Positions 11,021 through 20,112 of a DNA stretch of 32,000 nt are shown here, one piece after another; the first letter of the stretch is position 1, and each line of letters starts with the position of its first letter. A model generated the notes under the pieces. The model was not told where the DNA came from. It ran no database searches and saw only the letters and a list, made by a program, of their open reading frames with translations. The DNA lies in assembly GCF_000014785.1 (NCBI RefSeq), contig NC_008340.1:2250001-2282000 (forward strand), in the 5' to 3' direction. Source of the DNA: Alkalilimnicola ehrlichii MLHE-1. Its GTDB lineage: Bacteria; Pseudomonadota; Gammaproteobacteria; Nitrococcales; Halorhodospiraceae. The translations under genes were made by a program, and so were the position numbers.

Positions 11021-11744
11021 CACCCGCCACCTCCGGCCGGCGCCAGCGGCAACCCCCCCCGGAGGCCTTGTCGATACGGTCCAACAGCGCCTCATGGGCC
11101 CGGCGCTCGGCCTCCCCGGCCCGCACCACTGCAAGGCGGGGCCGATCCGACGGCAGCCGGCGTATCCCACCGCCCTCCCCTTCGTGGGCCTGAGCCTCCT
11201 CCTCGTCCAGGGTGAACAGGGCCTTCTGGCCGCCGGTCATCGCCAGATAAACGTCGGCCAGGATGCGGGCATCGAGCAACGCGCCGTGCAGTTCACGCTG
11301 GGTATTGTCCACGTCGTAGCGCTTGCACAGGGCATCCAGCGAGTTGCGCTGGCCGGGGTGACGTTGCCGGGCCAACAGCAGGGTGTCGAGCACCGAGGCA
11401 AAGTCCTCCACCCGGCCCCAGCCACGGCCCAGACGGCTGAGTTCGTAGTCCAGGAAGCCGACGTCGAAGGCGGCGTTGTGGATCACCAACTCGCTGCCCC
11501 GGATGTACTCGACAAAGCGCTCCGCCACCTCGTGAAAGCGCGGCTTGTCGGCCAGAAAGTCGTTGGTGATGCCGTGCACCTCCACCGCCTCCTGGGGCAC
11601 CTCGCGATCGGGGTTCAGGTACTGGTGGAAGTTATTGCCGGTGGGCCGGCGGTCCACCAGTTCCACGCAGCCGATCTCGATCACCCGATCGCCCTGACTC
11701 CACTCCAGACCGGTGGTCTCAGTATCCAGCACGATCTGCCTCAT
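11013..11744 (-). CDS. dnaQ: DNA polymerase III epsilon subunit (3'-5' proofreading exonuclease)
   Basis: 243 aa. ExoI is [10 protein letters not shown], Exo[15 protein letters not shown] and Exo[19 protein letters not shown]-terminal Q-rich/acidic tail follows, as in DnaQ. Confidence 0.95.
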   Translation of the reverse strand: MRQIVLDTETTGLEWSQGDRVIEIGCVELVDRRPTGNNFHQYLNPDREVPQEAVEVHGITNDFLADKPRFHEVAERFVEYIRGSELVIHNAAFDVGFLDYELSRLGRGWGRVEDFASVLDTLLLARQRHPGQRNSLDALCKRYDVDNTQRELHGALLDARILADVYLAMTGGQKALFTLDEEEAQAHEGEGGGIRRLPSDRPRLAVVRAGEAERRAHEALLDRIDKASGGGCRWRRPEVAGDA

Positions 11745-12205
11745 GTCGCGCCCGCCTCCTGCATCTCGTCGATACCCCGATTGGCCAGGGCATCCGCCTG
11801 TTCATTCTCGGCATGGCCGCTGTGCCCGCGTACCCAGTGCCAGTGCACCTCGTGGCGTTGGTTGAGGGCATCGAGCCGACGCCAGAGGTCCTCGTTGAGC
11901 ACCGGCTTGCGGGCCGCCGTGCGCCAGCCCCGGCGCTTCCAGCCGGCCATCCACTCCGTGATCCCTTTGCGGACATATTGCGAGTCGGTGGTCAGGTGCA
12001 CGACACAGGGCCGGTCCAGCGCCTCCAGCGCCTGGATGGCCGCGGTCAGCTCCATGCGGTTGTTGGTGGTGTGGGGCTCGCCGCCGTGCAGCGTGCGCTC
12101 GTGCCCGCGATAGCGCAGCACCACCCCCCAGCCGCCCGGCCCGGGGTTTCCGCGACAGGCGCCGTCGGTCCAGGCGTACACTTCAGATTTGTCGGTGGTG
12201 GACAT
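11741..12205 (-). CDS. rnhA: ribonuclease HI
   Basis: 154 aa. [63 protein letters not shown]. The stop overlaps the dnaQ start (ATGA at 11741-11744). Confidence 0.95.
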   Translation of the reverse strand: MSTTDKSEVYAWTDGACRGNPGPGGWGVVLRYRGHERTLHGGEPHTTNNRMELTAAIQALEALDRPCVVHLTTDSQYVRKGITEWMAGWKRRGWRTAARKPVLNEDLWRRLDALNQRHEVHWHWVRGHSGHAENEQADALANRGIDEMQEAGAT

Positions 12206-12998
12206 GGATCCTCGTTCTTGGTGTCGGCTGGACCAGCCGCCCCGGCACCTCCACCGGCGGCGTCTGCCAGACTTGCTTCATATCGATCGGGGCAGGCCGG
12301 CGCTTGCGCGCCTGCAGGAGATGAACACCCGCCAGCCAGGGGGCCAGCCGCCGCTCCCAACCGTTGCGCGCCCGGACCCGGGTGCCCGCCCGGGGCCAGG
12401 GGGCCTTGAGGCCGTGATAGGCCTGGTGCCGGCATTCGAGACCGTGGCGGGCCAGCAGCAAGGTCAGGAGCCCCGGGCCAAGCCCGCGCCGGCGCATTAC
12501 CGGGCGGGCGCGCAGGTGGCGCAGCCCCCAGGTGCTCCAGGCGTTGAACCCCAGCACCCACAACTCCCCCTCCGGCGCCAGCACCTCGACGGCCTCGCGG
12601 ATCAGCGAGGCGGGATCCGCGCTGCAATCCAGCGCATGGGCAAGCAGGAGCAGGTCCACACTCTCCTTGCGCAGCGGGAGCTGCTCCAGGTCGGTGCACG
12701 CATCGGCACCAGCGGTCGGCTCCCAGTCAAGCGCCCAGCAGTCGCTCGCGGGCAGTGCCATGAACAGGCCGTCCCCAAGCCAGCTGCCCCCCACCCGCAC
12801 CACTCGCGCCCGCGGGCCATGGGGGGCGCTGCGCTGTATACGCTCATCGAGGACCGACCGCTCGATCCCGGCCAACTCCCGGCCTGCCGGGGTCTGAAAC
12901 CATTGCACCAGCGAATCCAAGAGCCGGCACCTCCCCAGTTGCCGCATTGTCCGGTCCGGCGGGCCGCAGCCCCGCCCCGTGGCCCGGCCGACTAGCAT
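12183..12998 (-). CDS. YafS-like putative SAM-dependent methyltransferase-fold protein
   Basis: It occupies the position between gloB and rnhA that yafS holds in E. coli. [49 protein letters not shown] resembles the YafS core as I recall it. The start is ambiguous: ATG at 12998 or the internal ATG at 12947. The 3' end overlaps the rnhA start by 23 nt. Confidence 0.7.
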   Translation of the reverse strand: MLVGRATGRGCGPPDRTMRQLGRCRLLDSLVQWFQTPAGRELAGIERSVLDERIQRSAPHGPRARVVRVGGSWLGDGLFMALPASDCWALDWEPTAGADACTDLEQLPLRKESVDLLLLAHALDCSADPASLIREAVEVLAPEGELWVLGFNAWSTWGLRHLRARPVMRRRGLGPGLLTLLLARHGLECRHQAYHGLKAPWPRAGTRVRARNGWERRLAPWLAGVHLLQARKRRPAPIDMKQVWQTPPVEVPGRLVQPTPRTRIHVHHRQI

Positions 12999-13130
12999 AC
13001 CGGCTCCGCAGGTTCACCTCACCCCTCTCCGCACCGTGGATGCCGGCCAACCGGGGCAGATCGACGCACTGGCGCGCCAGACCCCCGGCCCGCTTTTGCC
13101 CCTACGGGAAAAAGTGTTTACGATGCCGGA

Positions 13131-13901
13131 ATGACTGAAATCGTAGCCATTCCCGCGTTTGCCGACAATTACATCTGGCTGGCCGTGGACCGGAACCGAC
13201 GCCTCGCCGCGGTCGTGGACCCGGGCGACGCCGAACCGGTGGAGGCGGCCCTGCGGGCGTCGGGGCTGCGGCTCAGCGCTATCCTGATCACGCACCACCA
13301 CCACGACCACACCGGCGGGGTGGAGGAACTGCTCGCCGCCCACCCGGTGCCGGTGTACGGTCCGGCCGATGAGAGCGTGCCGGGGGTGAGCCAGCCCCTC
13401 CGCGAGCCGGATGCATTTGAAGTACCTGGCTTGGGGTTGCCATTGCGGGTGCTGGACGTGCCCGGCCACACCGCCGGACACATCGCGCTGGTGGCCGACG
13501 GGGCCCTGTTCTCCGGCGACGCCCTGTTCGCCGGGGGCTGCGGGCGGCTGTTCGAGGGCACGCCGGAGCAAATGTACGCCAGTCTGGGGAAACTGGCGGC
13601 ATTGCCGGAAGCCACGCGGGTCTACTGTGGTCACGAATACACCCTGGCCAACCTACGCTTTGCGCACCAGGTCGAACCGGACAACCCCAACCTGACGCAG
13701 CGCCTGCGCCAGGCCGAGGCCGCCCGTCAACGCGGCGAGCCGACCGTGCCCAGCCGAATGGCGGATGAGCATGCCACTAATCCCTTCCTGCGGGCACACC
13801 TGCCGGCAGTGCGGACGGCCGCAGAGCGCTGGTCGGGGCAGACCCTGGACGAACCCGTGGCGGTGTTCGCCGCGCTGCGTCGTTGGAAGGACCAGAGTTA
13901 A
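13131..13901 (+). CDS. gloB: hydroxyacylglutathione hydrolase (glyoxalase II)
   Basis: 256 aa. It has the metallo-beta-lactamase motif ITHHHHDHTGG, then VPGHTAGHI, CGHEYTLANLRFA and NPFLR. Confidence 0.95.
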   Translation: MTEIVAIPAFADNYIWLAVDRNRRLAAVVDPGDAEPVEAALRASGLRLSAILITHHHHDHTGGVEELLAAHPVPVYGPADESVPGVSQPLREPDAFEVPGLGLPLRVLDVPGHTAGHIALVADGALFSGDALFAGGCGRLFEGTPEQMYASLGKLAALPEATRVYCGHEYTLANLRFAHQVEPDNPNLTQRLRQAEAARQRGEPTVPSRMADEHATNPFLRAHLPAVRTAAERWSGQTLDEPVAVFAALRRWKDQS

Positions 13902-13958
13902 CCGTCAAGCGCCACGGACCGGCCGACAGCCCAAAAGACAAAACAACTCGGCGAGGTA

Positions 13959-15584
13959 GTGACCGTGGTTCACACACGTATGATCCCGCTATGCCTGGCG
14001 CTGGCCCTGGGCGCCAGCGGCTGTGCCAGCCTGGACCCGCGCGGCGCCGACGGCGAATCCAAACGGGGCCATCACGCCCGTGTCATCCTCCCCGGCGAGC
14101 CCCTCGCCAATGTCCCCGTGCCGGAAGAAGAGCGCCGCCCCGCGGAGAGCGCAGCCCCGGCGGCGGCGGAGGATATTTGGGCCCGGCTTCGTGACGGCTT
14201 TCAACTGCCCGCGGTCACCCATCAGCGCATCGACCAGGAACGCGCCCGGTTCACCGGTCGTCAGAACTACTTCGACGCGGTGGGTCAGCGAGCCCGACCC
14301 TACCTCTACCACATCCTCGGCGAGCTGGAGGCGCGCGACCTGCCCACCGAATTGGTACTGGTCGCGATGGTGGAGAGCGCTTTCCAGCCCTTCGCCTATT
14401 CCCACGGTCGCGCGGCCGGCCTCTGGCAGTTCATACCCGCCACCGGCAAGCACTTCGGCCTGGAGCAGAATTGGTGGTACGACGGCCGGCGCGATGTCAT
14501 TGCCAGCACCGAGGCCGCCCTGACCTACCTGGACTACCTGCACGGGTTCTTTGACGGCGACTGGCTGCTGGCACTGGCCGCTTACAACGCCGGGGAGGGC
14601 CGGGTACAGCGGGCGGTCAGGGCCAACCAGCGGGCCGGGAAGGCCACGGACTTCTGGAGCCTGAACCTGCCGGCCGAGACCCGCGCCTACGTCCCCCGGG
14701 TGCTGGCACTGCGCGACATCCTTGCCGAACCGGACCGGTTCGGCATCCGGCTGCCGCCCATCGACAACGAACGACAACTGGCGGTGGTCGAACTGGAGCA
14801 CCAGTTGGACTTGGCCCTGGCGGCGGAGATGGCCGGCGTCGAGCTGGACAAGATCTATCGCTATAACCCCGGTTTCAACCGCTGGGCGACGTTGCCGGAG
14901 GGCCGCCACCGCCTGGCCATCCCCAAGGCGAGCAAAGAGCGCTTCACCGCTGCGCTGGCCGATCTCCACCCCTCCGAGATGGTCCGCTGGCAACGCCACG
15001 AGGTCCGGCGCGGTGAAACACTCAGCGGCATCGCCAGCCGTTACAACACCTCGGTCTCGGTTTTGCGCGACACCAATGACCTGAGCGGTGACCGAATCCG
15101 GGTCGGACAGGCGCTGCTGGTCCCCACCGCGAGCCAGGGCAACGAGGCCTACACCCTCAGCGCGGACAACCGGCGCCGCGCCAACCAGAACCGGCAGCGG
15201 GATGGGAGGCACAAGCTGGAGCACACGGTGCGCCCCGGCGATACCTTCTGGGAGCTCGCCCGGCGCCACGGCGTCAGCGTCCGGGAACTGGCGGGGTGGA
15301 ACGATATGGCGCCCGGCGACCCCCTGCGGCCGGGCAACACGCTGGTCATCTGGAGTGGCGACGGCGCTGCCGCCAACGCCCGCAACAGCGGGCCGGGCGA
15401 GCGCCTGCAGCGGGTCACCTATACGGTGCGCAGCGGCGACTCGGTCTACACCATCGCTCGGCGCTTCAACGTCTCCATGCAGGACGTGAAGCGCTGGAAT
15501 AACCTCCGCTCGGGCCAGTACCTGCAACCCGGCCAGACCCTGACCCTGAACGTCGACGTCACCAACCAGTCGGCCGGACTCTGA
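13959..15584 (+). CDS. mltD: membrane-bound lytic murein transglycosylase D-like lipoprotein with LysM repeats
   Basis: Signal and lipobox: MTVVHTRMIPLCLALALGASG-C. SLT catalytic region: ESAFQPFAYSHGRAAGLWQFIPATG...AYNAGEGRV. At least three LysM-like repeats are present (HEVRRGETLSGIASRYN, HTVRPGDTFWELARRHG, YTVRSGDSVYTIARRFN). It is adjacent to gloB, as in E. coli. Confidence 0.9.
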   Translation: MTVVHTRMIPLCLALALGASGCASLDPRGADGESKRGHHARVILPGEPLANVPVPEEERRPAESAAPAAAEDIWARLRDGFQLPAVTHQRIDQERARFTGRQNYFDAVGQRARPYLYHILGELEARDLPTELVLVAMVESAFQPFAYSHGRAAGLWQFIPATGKHFGLEQNWWYDGRRDVIASTEAALTYLDYLHGFFDGDWLLALAAYNAGEGRVQRAVRANQRAGKATDFWSLNLPAETRAYVPRVLALRDILAEPDRFGIRLPPIDNERQLAVVELEHQLDLALAAEMAGVELDKIYRYNPGFNRWATLPEGRHRLAIPKASKERFTAALADLHPSEMVRWQRHEVRRGETLSGIASRYNTSVSVLRDTNDLSGDRIRVGQALLVPTASQGNEAYTLSADNRRRANQNRQRDGRHKLEHTVRPGDTFWELARRHGVSVRELAGWNDMAPGDPLRPGNTLVIWSGDGAAANARNSGPGERLQRVTYTVRSGDSVYTIARRFNVSMQDVKRWNNLRSGQYLQPGQTLTLNVDVTNQSAGL

Positions 15585-15605
15585 ACGGCGCGATCCAGGG
15601 CCGGG

Positions 15606-15890
15606 TCAGCCGCGATCGTGGGCGGCGGCCTGGTCCTGTTGATCGGGCAGGGTGATGTTCAACTCCAGCACCTCGCAGTCGCCCTCCCGGTCAAGTTGGA
15701 AATTCACCGCATCTCGGTCCACCTGCACGTATTTTCGGATCACGTCCAGCAACTCCTCCTTGAGCATGGGAAGGTAGTCGGGCCCGGTGGCGGTCTGCGA
15801 GCGCTCCCGGGCGACGATGATCTGCAGCCGCTCCTTGGCCACCGAGGCGCTGCGCTTTTTCTGCGAACGGAAATAGCTGAGAAAGCCCAT
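15606..15890 (-). CDS. minE: cell division topological specificity factor MinE
   Basis: [31 protein letters not shown] matches the MinE N-terminus. The ATG at 15888-15890 lies 2 nt after the minD stop. The track uses the GTG at 15896, which overlaps that stop. Confidence 0.93.
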   Translation of the reverse strand: MGFLSYFRSQKKRSASVAKERLQIIVARERSQTATGPDYLPMLKEELLDVIRKYVQVDRDAVNFQLDREGDCEVLELNITLPDQQDQAAAHDRG

Positions 15891-15892
15891 GC

Positions 15893-16702
15893 TCACCCCC
15901 CGAACAGGCGTCCGAAGAAGCCTTTCTTTTCCACGGTGAGAAACCGGTGTGGGCGCTCTTCGCCCAGGAACCGGGCCACCGCGTCCTGGTAAGCCTGGCC
16001 GGCATCCGAGTCCCCGTCCAGGATCACCGGGATGCCGGCGTTGGAGGCATTGAGCACCGCCTGCGACTCCGGGATCACCCCCAGAAGCTCCACCGCCAGG
16101 ATCTCCCCCACATCGTCCACGGACAGCATATCGCCACGATCCACGCGCTCCGGCGAATACCGGGTCAGCAACAGCCGGCCGCTGATCGGTTCGCCGCCCT
16201 GCTCCGCACGCCGGGTCTTACTGGCCAGGATCCCCAGCACCCGGTCGGAGTCCCGCACGCTGGAGACCTCCGGGTTGGTCACCACAATCGCCTCATCGGC
16301 GAAGTAGGCCGCCATCAGTGCGCCCCGCTCGATCCCGGCCGGCGAATCACAGATGATGTAGTCGAACTGCTGGGACAGCTCATCCAGGACCCGCTCCACG
16401 CCGGCGTGGGTGAGCGCATCCTTGTCGCGGGTCTGCGAGGCGGGGAGGATGAACAGGTCCTTCACCCGCTTGTCCTTGATCAGCGCCTGATTCAGGTTAG
16501 CGTCACCGTTGATGACGTTGACGAAGTCGTACACCACACGGCGCTCGCAGCCCATGATCAGGTCCAGGTTGCGTAGCCCCACGTCGAAATCGATCACGGC
16601 GGTCCGGTGCCCGGCCTCGGCCAGGCCGGCCGCCATGGCGGCGCTGGTGGTGGTCTTGCCCACCCCGCCCTTACCGGAGGTCACTACGACGATCTTTGCC
16701 AC
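15893..16702 (-). CDS. minD: septum site-determining ATPase MinD
   Basis: 269 aa. It has the deviant Walker A motif [13 protein letters not shown] and a C-terminal amphipathic helix ([11 protein letters not shown]). The start is GTG, with GAGGAG 8 nt upstream. Confidence 0.97.
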   Translation of the reverse strand: MAKIVVVTSGKGGVGKTTTSAAMAAGLAEAGHRTAVIDFDVGLRNLDLIMGCERRVVYDFVNVINGDANLNQALIKDKRVKDLFILPASQTRDKDALTHAGVERVLDELSQQFDYIICDSPAGIERGALMAAYFADEAIVVTNPEVSSVRDSDRVLGILASKTRRAEQGGEPISGRLLLTRYSPERVDRGDMLSVDDVGEILAVELLGVIPESQAVLNASNAGIPVILDGDSDAGQAYQDAVARFLGEERPHRFLTVEKKGFFGRLFGG

Positions 16703-16734
16703 GGGGTTATCTCCTCGATCCGTTGGGTCCGCCC

Positions 16735-17460
16735 TTACAGCGGGGCCACCTTCAGGCTGTCGCCCTCCAGGTAAATCTGTACGTTCCTGCCACGTTCGTC
16801 GTCGCCAATGTGCTCACTGACCCGGTACTGCCCGGCGATGGAGACCAGTTCCGGGTCCAGCCGGGCGCAGAAGATGCGCGCCTCGGTATCCCCCTGCACA
16901 CCGGCCATGGCGCGCCCCTTGAGCGCGCCATAGATGTGGATATGGCCGTCGGCCAGCACCTCGGCACCGGCGCTGACCATGGAGGTGACGATGAGATCCC
17001 CTCCCCGGGCATAGACCTGCTGGCCGGAACGCACCGGTTGGGTGATCAGCATCGAACGGGTCGGTTGCGGCGCCGGCGCGGGGGCCGGCGAAGGCTCCGG
17101 CTCCGGCCCGGCCTTAGGGGGCGCCGGCGCCCGGCCACTCGCCTCAATCAGCGGCAGGCCGGCGCCTGCCGCGAATGCCACGGCCTGGTCACCGGCCGGC
17201 CTGACCCCCAGGACCACCAGGCCGTGCGCCTGTAGCGCCTGGCGCAGCGCCTCGCCATCCAGATCGGCCACTGTCTCGCCCAGCGGCTCGGGGTCGAGCA
17301 ATACCGGGAGCCCGCGGAAAAACTCGGGGGCCTCCGCGATACGGGCAGCCAGGCTGTCCAGCAGATCCGTCTGCTGCGCGGTCAACAGACGCAGCACCGT
17401 GACGGTCATCATTCGCCCTTTAAACTCCAGGGCCCTCACACGCGTGGCCTCCACGCTCAT
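16735..17460 (-). CDS. minC: septum site-determining protein MinC
   Basis: 241 aa. It has an N-terminal FtsZ-interaction domain, a Pro/Ala-rich linker and a C-terminal beta-helix (VRSGQQVYARGGDLIVTSMVSAGAEVLADGHIHIYGALKGRAMAG). It heads the minCDE operon. Confidence 0.9.
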   Translation of the reverse strand: MSVEATRVRALEFKGRMMTVTVLRLLTAQQTDLLDSLAARIAEAPEFFRGLPVLLDPEPLGETVADLDGEALRQALQAHGLVVLGVRPAGDQAVAFAAGAGLPLIEASGRAPAPPKAGPEPEPSPAPAPAPQPTRSMLITQPVRSGQQVYARGGDLIVTSMVSAGAEVLADGHIHIYGALKGRAMAGVQGDTEARIFCARLDPELVSIAGQYRVSEHIGDDERGRNVQIYLEGDSLKVAPL

Positions 17461-17523
17461 GCGATACCCACCATCGCGGGGGCTAGGGTCTCACGTCTGG
17501 TGATCATGGCTTCCTGCAGGGTT

Positions 17524-17567
17524 CGGAAAACAAGGCGGCGCCCCCGCCGTCCCGGCCGGAGCGCCGC
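17524..17567 (-). terminator. candidate intrinsic terminator upstream of the minC promoter region
   Basis: GCGGCGC (17535-17541) pairs with GCGCCGC (17561-17567). The 19-nt interior contains the self-complementary CCGGCCGG. On the minus strand the stem is followed by CTTGTTTTCC. Confidence 0.3.
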
Positions 17568-17938
17568 GCCCTTTATAGCGCGCTGCAGCATGGGCGATCA
17601 ACCCGTACAGCGAGCCAATGCGGCCGAAGTCACCCAAGACACGCGCCCCAGGGCAATTAGAAAGCGCCGGTTAGTCGGCCAACGGCGCGACCCGGAAGGA
17701 CTTCACCTCGCGCTTATGCCGCAGTGTCTGGGCCAAGCGCCGGAAATTAGCCAGGTCGACAGTAAGGCAGCACATGCTCGGCATGGGGGCGACTGGGCAA
17801 CCAGCGCTCCAACACGTACATCGACCATGATACCCACGGCGGGCCAGTGGTGACCTGGCCGGCCAATGAGTTGGAGGCGTATCTCAGCCGGGTCAGCTGA
17901 TGTCCCGGTGACCCGGCTTCCGGGCATCCAACCAGCAT

Positions 17939-18682
17939 TTAGATCCGCCGCGCCATCCAGACCACTCGCCCGACAATGTTCAGTTCAGCGGCATCCTCGG
18001 TGCTGATATGCTGATCGGCATACTGCGGGTTATCACTCCGGACCCACAGCCCACCCTTCCAGTCCACCTGCAGGCGCTTGGCCACCACGTGGTGTTCGAG
18101 CCGTAAGACATAAATGGCGTCTTCGGCAGGCTCCTGCTCTCGGGTGTCCACCAGGAGCAGATCCCCATCCGCCACCGTCGGCACCATGGAATCGCCGCCG
18201 GCGCCGACCAGCACCAGCCCGTCCGGGGCCAGCCCCTCCCCTAGCAGCCAGTCACGGCGGAAGGCCAGCCGCTCCAACATCCGCTGCTCAGCGGGCTGGT
18301 CGGCAGAGGGATGGGACTGGGCGTCGTACCAGGGAATCAATGCGAACTCACCCGCGTACCGCGTCTGCAGGCTGCTCGCAACTCGCAGCCCTGCGGTCTC
18401 ACCGCAATCGCGCACCGGTAACTCGCCGGTTGCCAGCCAACCGACCCGGATGTCCGCGGCGCGGGCGATCATAATCAACTTCTCGAGCCCGGGCATCGAG
18501 CCCTCGAGATACTTACGGATAAGGCTGTCGCTCATGCCACACTTCTGCGCAAAGCGAAACACTGGCTGATCACCGATCGCAAGACGCAGACGCCGGGAGA
18601 ACGCCGCACCTACGCTTTCCGCCTCACGCTCCCCCCCTGACATGACTTCCTTGAGCCGCTGCTGCTCTTGTGCTTTATGCAT
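17939..18682 (-). CDS. CI/LexA-like transcriptional repressor (HTH + S24 peptidase domain)
   Basis: 247 aa. The N-terminal XRE-type HTH is FAQKCGMSDSLIRKYLEGSMPGLEKLIMIARAADIRVGWLATG. The C-terminal S24 domain has the Ser nucleophile in GGDSMVPT (Ser165) and the Lys in VVAKRL (Lys202). Their 37-residue spacing matches LexA S119/K156. Confidence 0.85.
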   Translation of the reverse strand: MHKAQEQQRLKEVMSGGEREAESVGAAFSRRLRLAIGDQPVFRFAQKCGMSDSLIRKYLEGSMPGLEKLIMIARAADIRVGWLATGELPVRDCGETAGLRVASSLQTRYAGEFALIPWYDAQSHPSADQPAEQRMLERLAFRRDWLLGEGLAPDGLVLVGAGGDSMVPTVADGDLLLVDTREQEPAEDAIYVLRLEHHVVAKRLQVDWKGGLWVRSDNPQYADQHISTEDAAELNIVGRVVWMARRI

Positions 18683-19013
18683 AGTGACGCCTCACAGTCT
18701 GACGCAGGGCACTTGCCTCTTCCTGGCCGGGGCCGCTGACGCACTGATCACCACCGCCGCGGCCATCGACCGCGCCGGCTGCTTCTCCTCCTTTTCCCTA
18801 AGGATTACCATACCACCGATCGTTATTTTTTTCCGGCACGCCAGTCCGCGTCTGAAAAAACCTCGGACACAAAAAACGGGGGTGGTCCTAAGGCGACGGG
18901 TCGCTTATTATTCAAGGCAACCGGTAGCCCTACAGGCTCCGTTATATTCTAATTGTTTTGCCATTTTTTCCAACAATAACGTAAAAGACTCACACCCAGG
19001 AGCGAGTCGAGCC
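18683..19013. promoter_or_regulatory. divergent control region between the CI-like repressor gene and a small hydrophobic ORF
   Basis: The 331-bp gap becomes markedly AT-rich in its distal half (18790-19010), with runs such as TTATTTTTTTCC, TGAAAAAACC, ACAAAAAAC and CCATTTTTTCC. No promoter hexamers are confidently assigned. Confidence 0.4.
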
Positions 19014-19196
19014 ATGTGGATCTACGTCATCGTCACCGGCCTGATTGCGTGGCACGGTCTGACCTATCGCGACAAGAACGGTGAACACCCCCCTGTGCAC
19101 CTACTCTTCGGGTGCATCGCCCTGATGTTTTGCCTGCGCTTCCTGCTGGTGGACATCATGGAACTCCCCATCCCGGGCGTCCCCATCTCCAGCTGA
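19014..19196 (+). CDS. possible small 2-TM membrane protein (60 aa)
   Basis: This is the C-terminal part of track ORF 18642..19196, starting from the internal ATG at 19014: MWIYVIVTGLIAWHGLTYRDKNGEHPPVHLLFGCIALMFCLRFLLVDIMELPIPGVPISS. It has two hydrophobic stretches. AGGAG lies 11 nt upstream, which is rather far. No homologue recognised. Confidence 0.35.
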   Translation: MWIYVIVTGLIAWHGLTYRDKNGEHPPVHLLFGCIALMFCLRFLLVDIMELPIPGVPISS

Positions 19197-19236
19197 TAGG
19201 CGCCCCGGGACGCGCTACCAGCGGCTCGCCTCCAGG

Positions 19237-19818
19237 TCAGGGCCGCTGCCGATAGGTCCGCTGCGCCGCATCCTCTTCCGGCATGCTCAGCATGCGTTCC
19301 TCCTCGGGGAGTGCCAGCTGGGCCCGCAGGTAATCGGCGCGATCCGCCACCGTAGGTGGTGGCTCGTCCATGTGCAGCAGGCGGGTGATCCAGCCTGGCC
19401 CGTCCGCCACCCCGTCATCCAGGTACAGGGCGTATTCATAGTCCGCCAGCGCCTGTTCAAAGCGCCCCATGCGGTCGTAAGCAATCCCCCGGTTGGCATA
19501 GGTCCCGGGAAACCCGGGCACCCGTTCGATGGCCTGATCAAACCAGTGGACGGCCTCCTCATGGCGCCCCTTCTGCAGCAGGGTGCGGGCCTTGCCTCGA
19601 ATGGCATCGATACGCTCGGGGTCCGCCTGGAGGGCATCGCGGTAGTTGCGCAGGGCACGCTCATAGTGGCCGTCGGCAAAGGCGCGGTCCGCCGCCTTGT
19701 GGGCCACCTCGCCCGGCGCCGGGTCCGTGCGCAGGGCCTCGAAGATAATCCAGCCGGTGGACAGCACCATCACGGCCACAGCGAGTCGGGTTAGGATTCG
19801 ACGGCTGAGTTCATCCAT
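19237..19818 (-). CDS. membrane-anchored tetratricopeptide-repeat (TPR) protein
   Basis: 193 aa. It has one N-terminal TM helix (LTRLAVAVMVLSTGWIIFEAL) and then TPR-like units (ADGHYERALRNYRDALQADP, GRHEEAVHWFDQAIERVP, GRFEQALADYEYALYLD). The ATG at 19816-19818 overlaps the upstream ORF's stop in ATGGATGA. Confidence 0.75.
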   Translation of the reverse strand: MDELSRRILTRLAVAVMVLSTGWIIFEALRTDPAPGEVAHKAADRAFADGHYERALRNYRDALQADPERIDAIRGKARTLLQKGRHEEAVHWFDQAIERVPGFPGTYANRGIAYDRMGRFEQALADYEYALYLDDGVADGPGWITRLLHMDEPPPTVADRADYLRAQLALPEEERMLSMPEEDAAQRTYRQRP

Positions 19819-20050
19819 AGCTCGGCATACCCACGATATTGAGGCTGAAAATGAAGGAGAACGAGATACTGATGAAGGTGGCCAACACCCAGGCGCGCCT
19901 TTTTTGTCCGGCCAGTTCTTCCTCCGACAGCTCCCGCTGCACCCGAATCTGCAATCGGCGAACGCTGAAATTAAAAATCAAGTGTCGCACCGGAAACGAC
20001 AAAAGGATTGCAAAGGCAATGACGTACATTGCGAACGTGAATGGCGTCAT
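19811..20050 (-). CDS. small 2-TM membrane protein (79 aa), function unknown
   Basis: MTPFTFAMYVIAFAILLSFPVRHLIF...RAWVLATFISISFSFIFSLNIVGM. The ATG at 20048-20050 has AGGAGG 5 nt upstream; the track starts 2 codons earlier at a GTG. G+C is visibly lower than in its neighbours. It is coupled to the TPR gene by an 8-nt overlap. Confidence 0.5.
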   Translation of the reverse strand: MTPFTFAMYVIAFAILLSFPVRHLIFNFSVRRLQIRVQRELSEEELAGQKRRAWVLATFISISFSFIFSLNIVGMPSYG

Positions 20051-20060
20051 CGACACCTCC

Positions 20061-20098
20061 TAAAAGCAGAACGACGGGCCAGCCAGGGCCGACCCGTC
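20061..20098 (-). terminator. hairpin plus T-rich tract between the symporter gene and the 79-aa ORF (possible attenuating terminator)
   Basis: GACGGG (20073-20078) pairs with CCCGTC (20093-20098) around a 14-nt partly self-pairing loop. On the minus strand it is followed by GTTCTGCTTTTA and then immediately by the AGGAGG of the next ORF. Confidence 0.3.
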
Positions 20099-20112
20099 GC
20101 TTCCAACACCGC

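Noticed and set aside
17671-17784. 37-codon minus-strand ORF downstream of the CI-like repressor gene.
   Set aside because: It has no SD and no recognisable motif, and it is too short to judge from composition. It is mentioned only within the finding on the unexplained gap.
18796-18893. CCTAAGG occurring twice (18797-18803 and 18887-18893) in the CI-like repressor control region, as possible operator repeats.
   Set aside because: A repeated 7-mer within a ~330-bp region is expected by chance. The copies are 90 bp apart and have no dyad symmetry.
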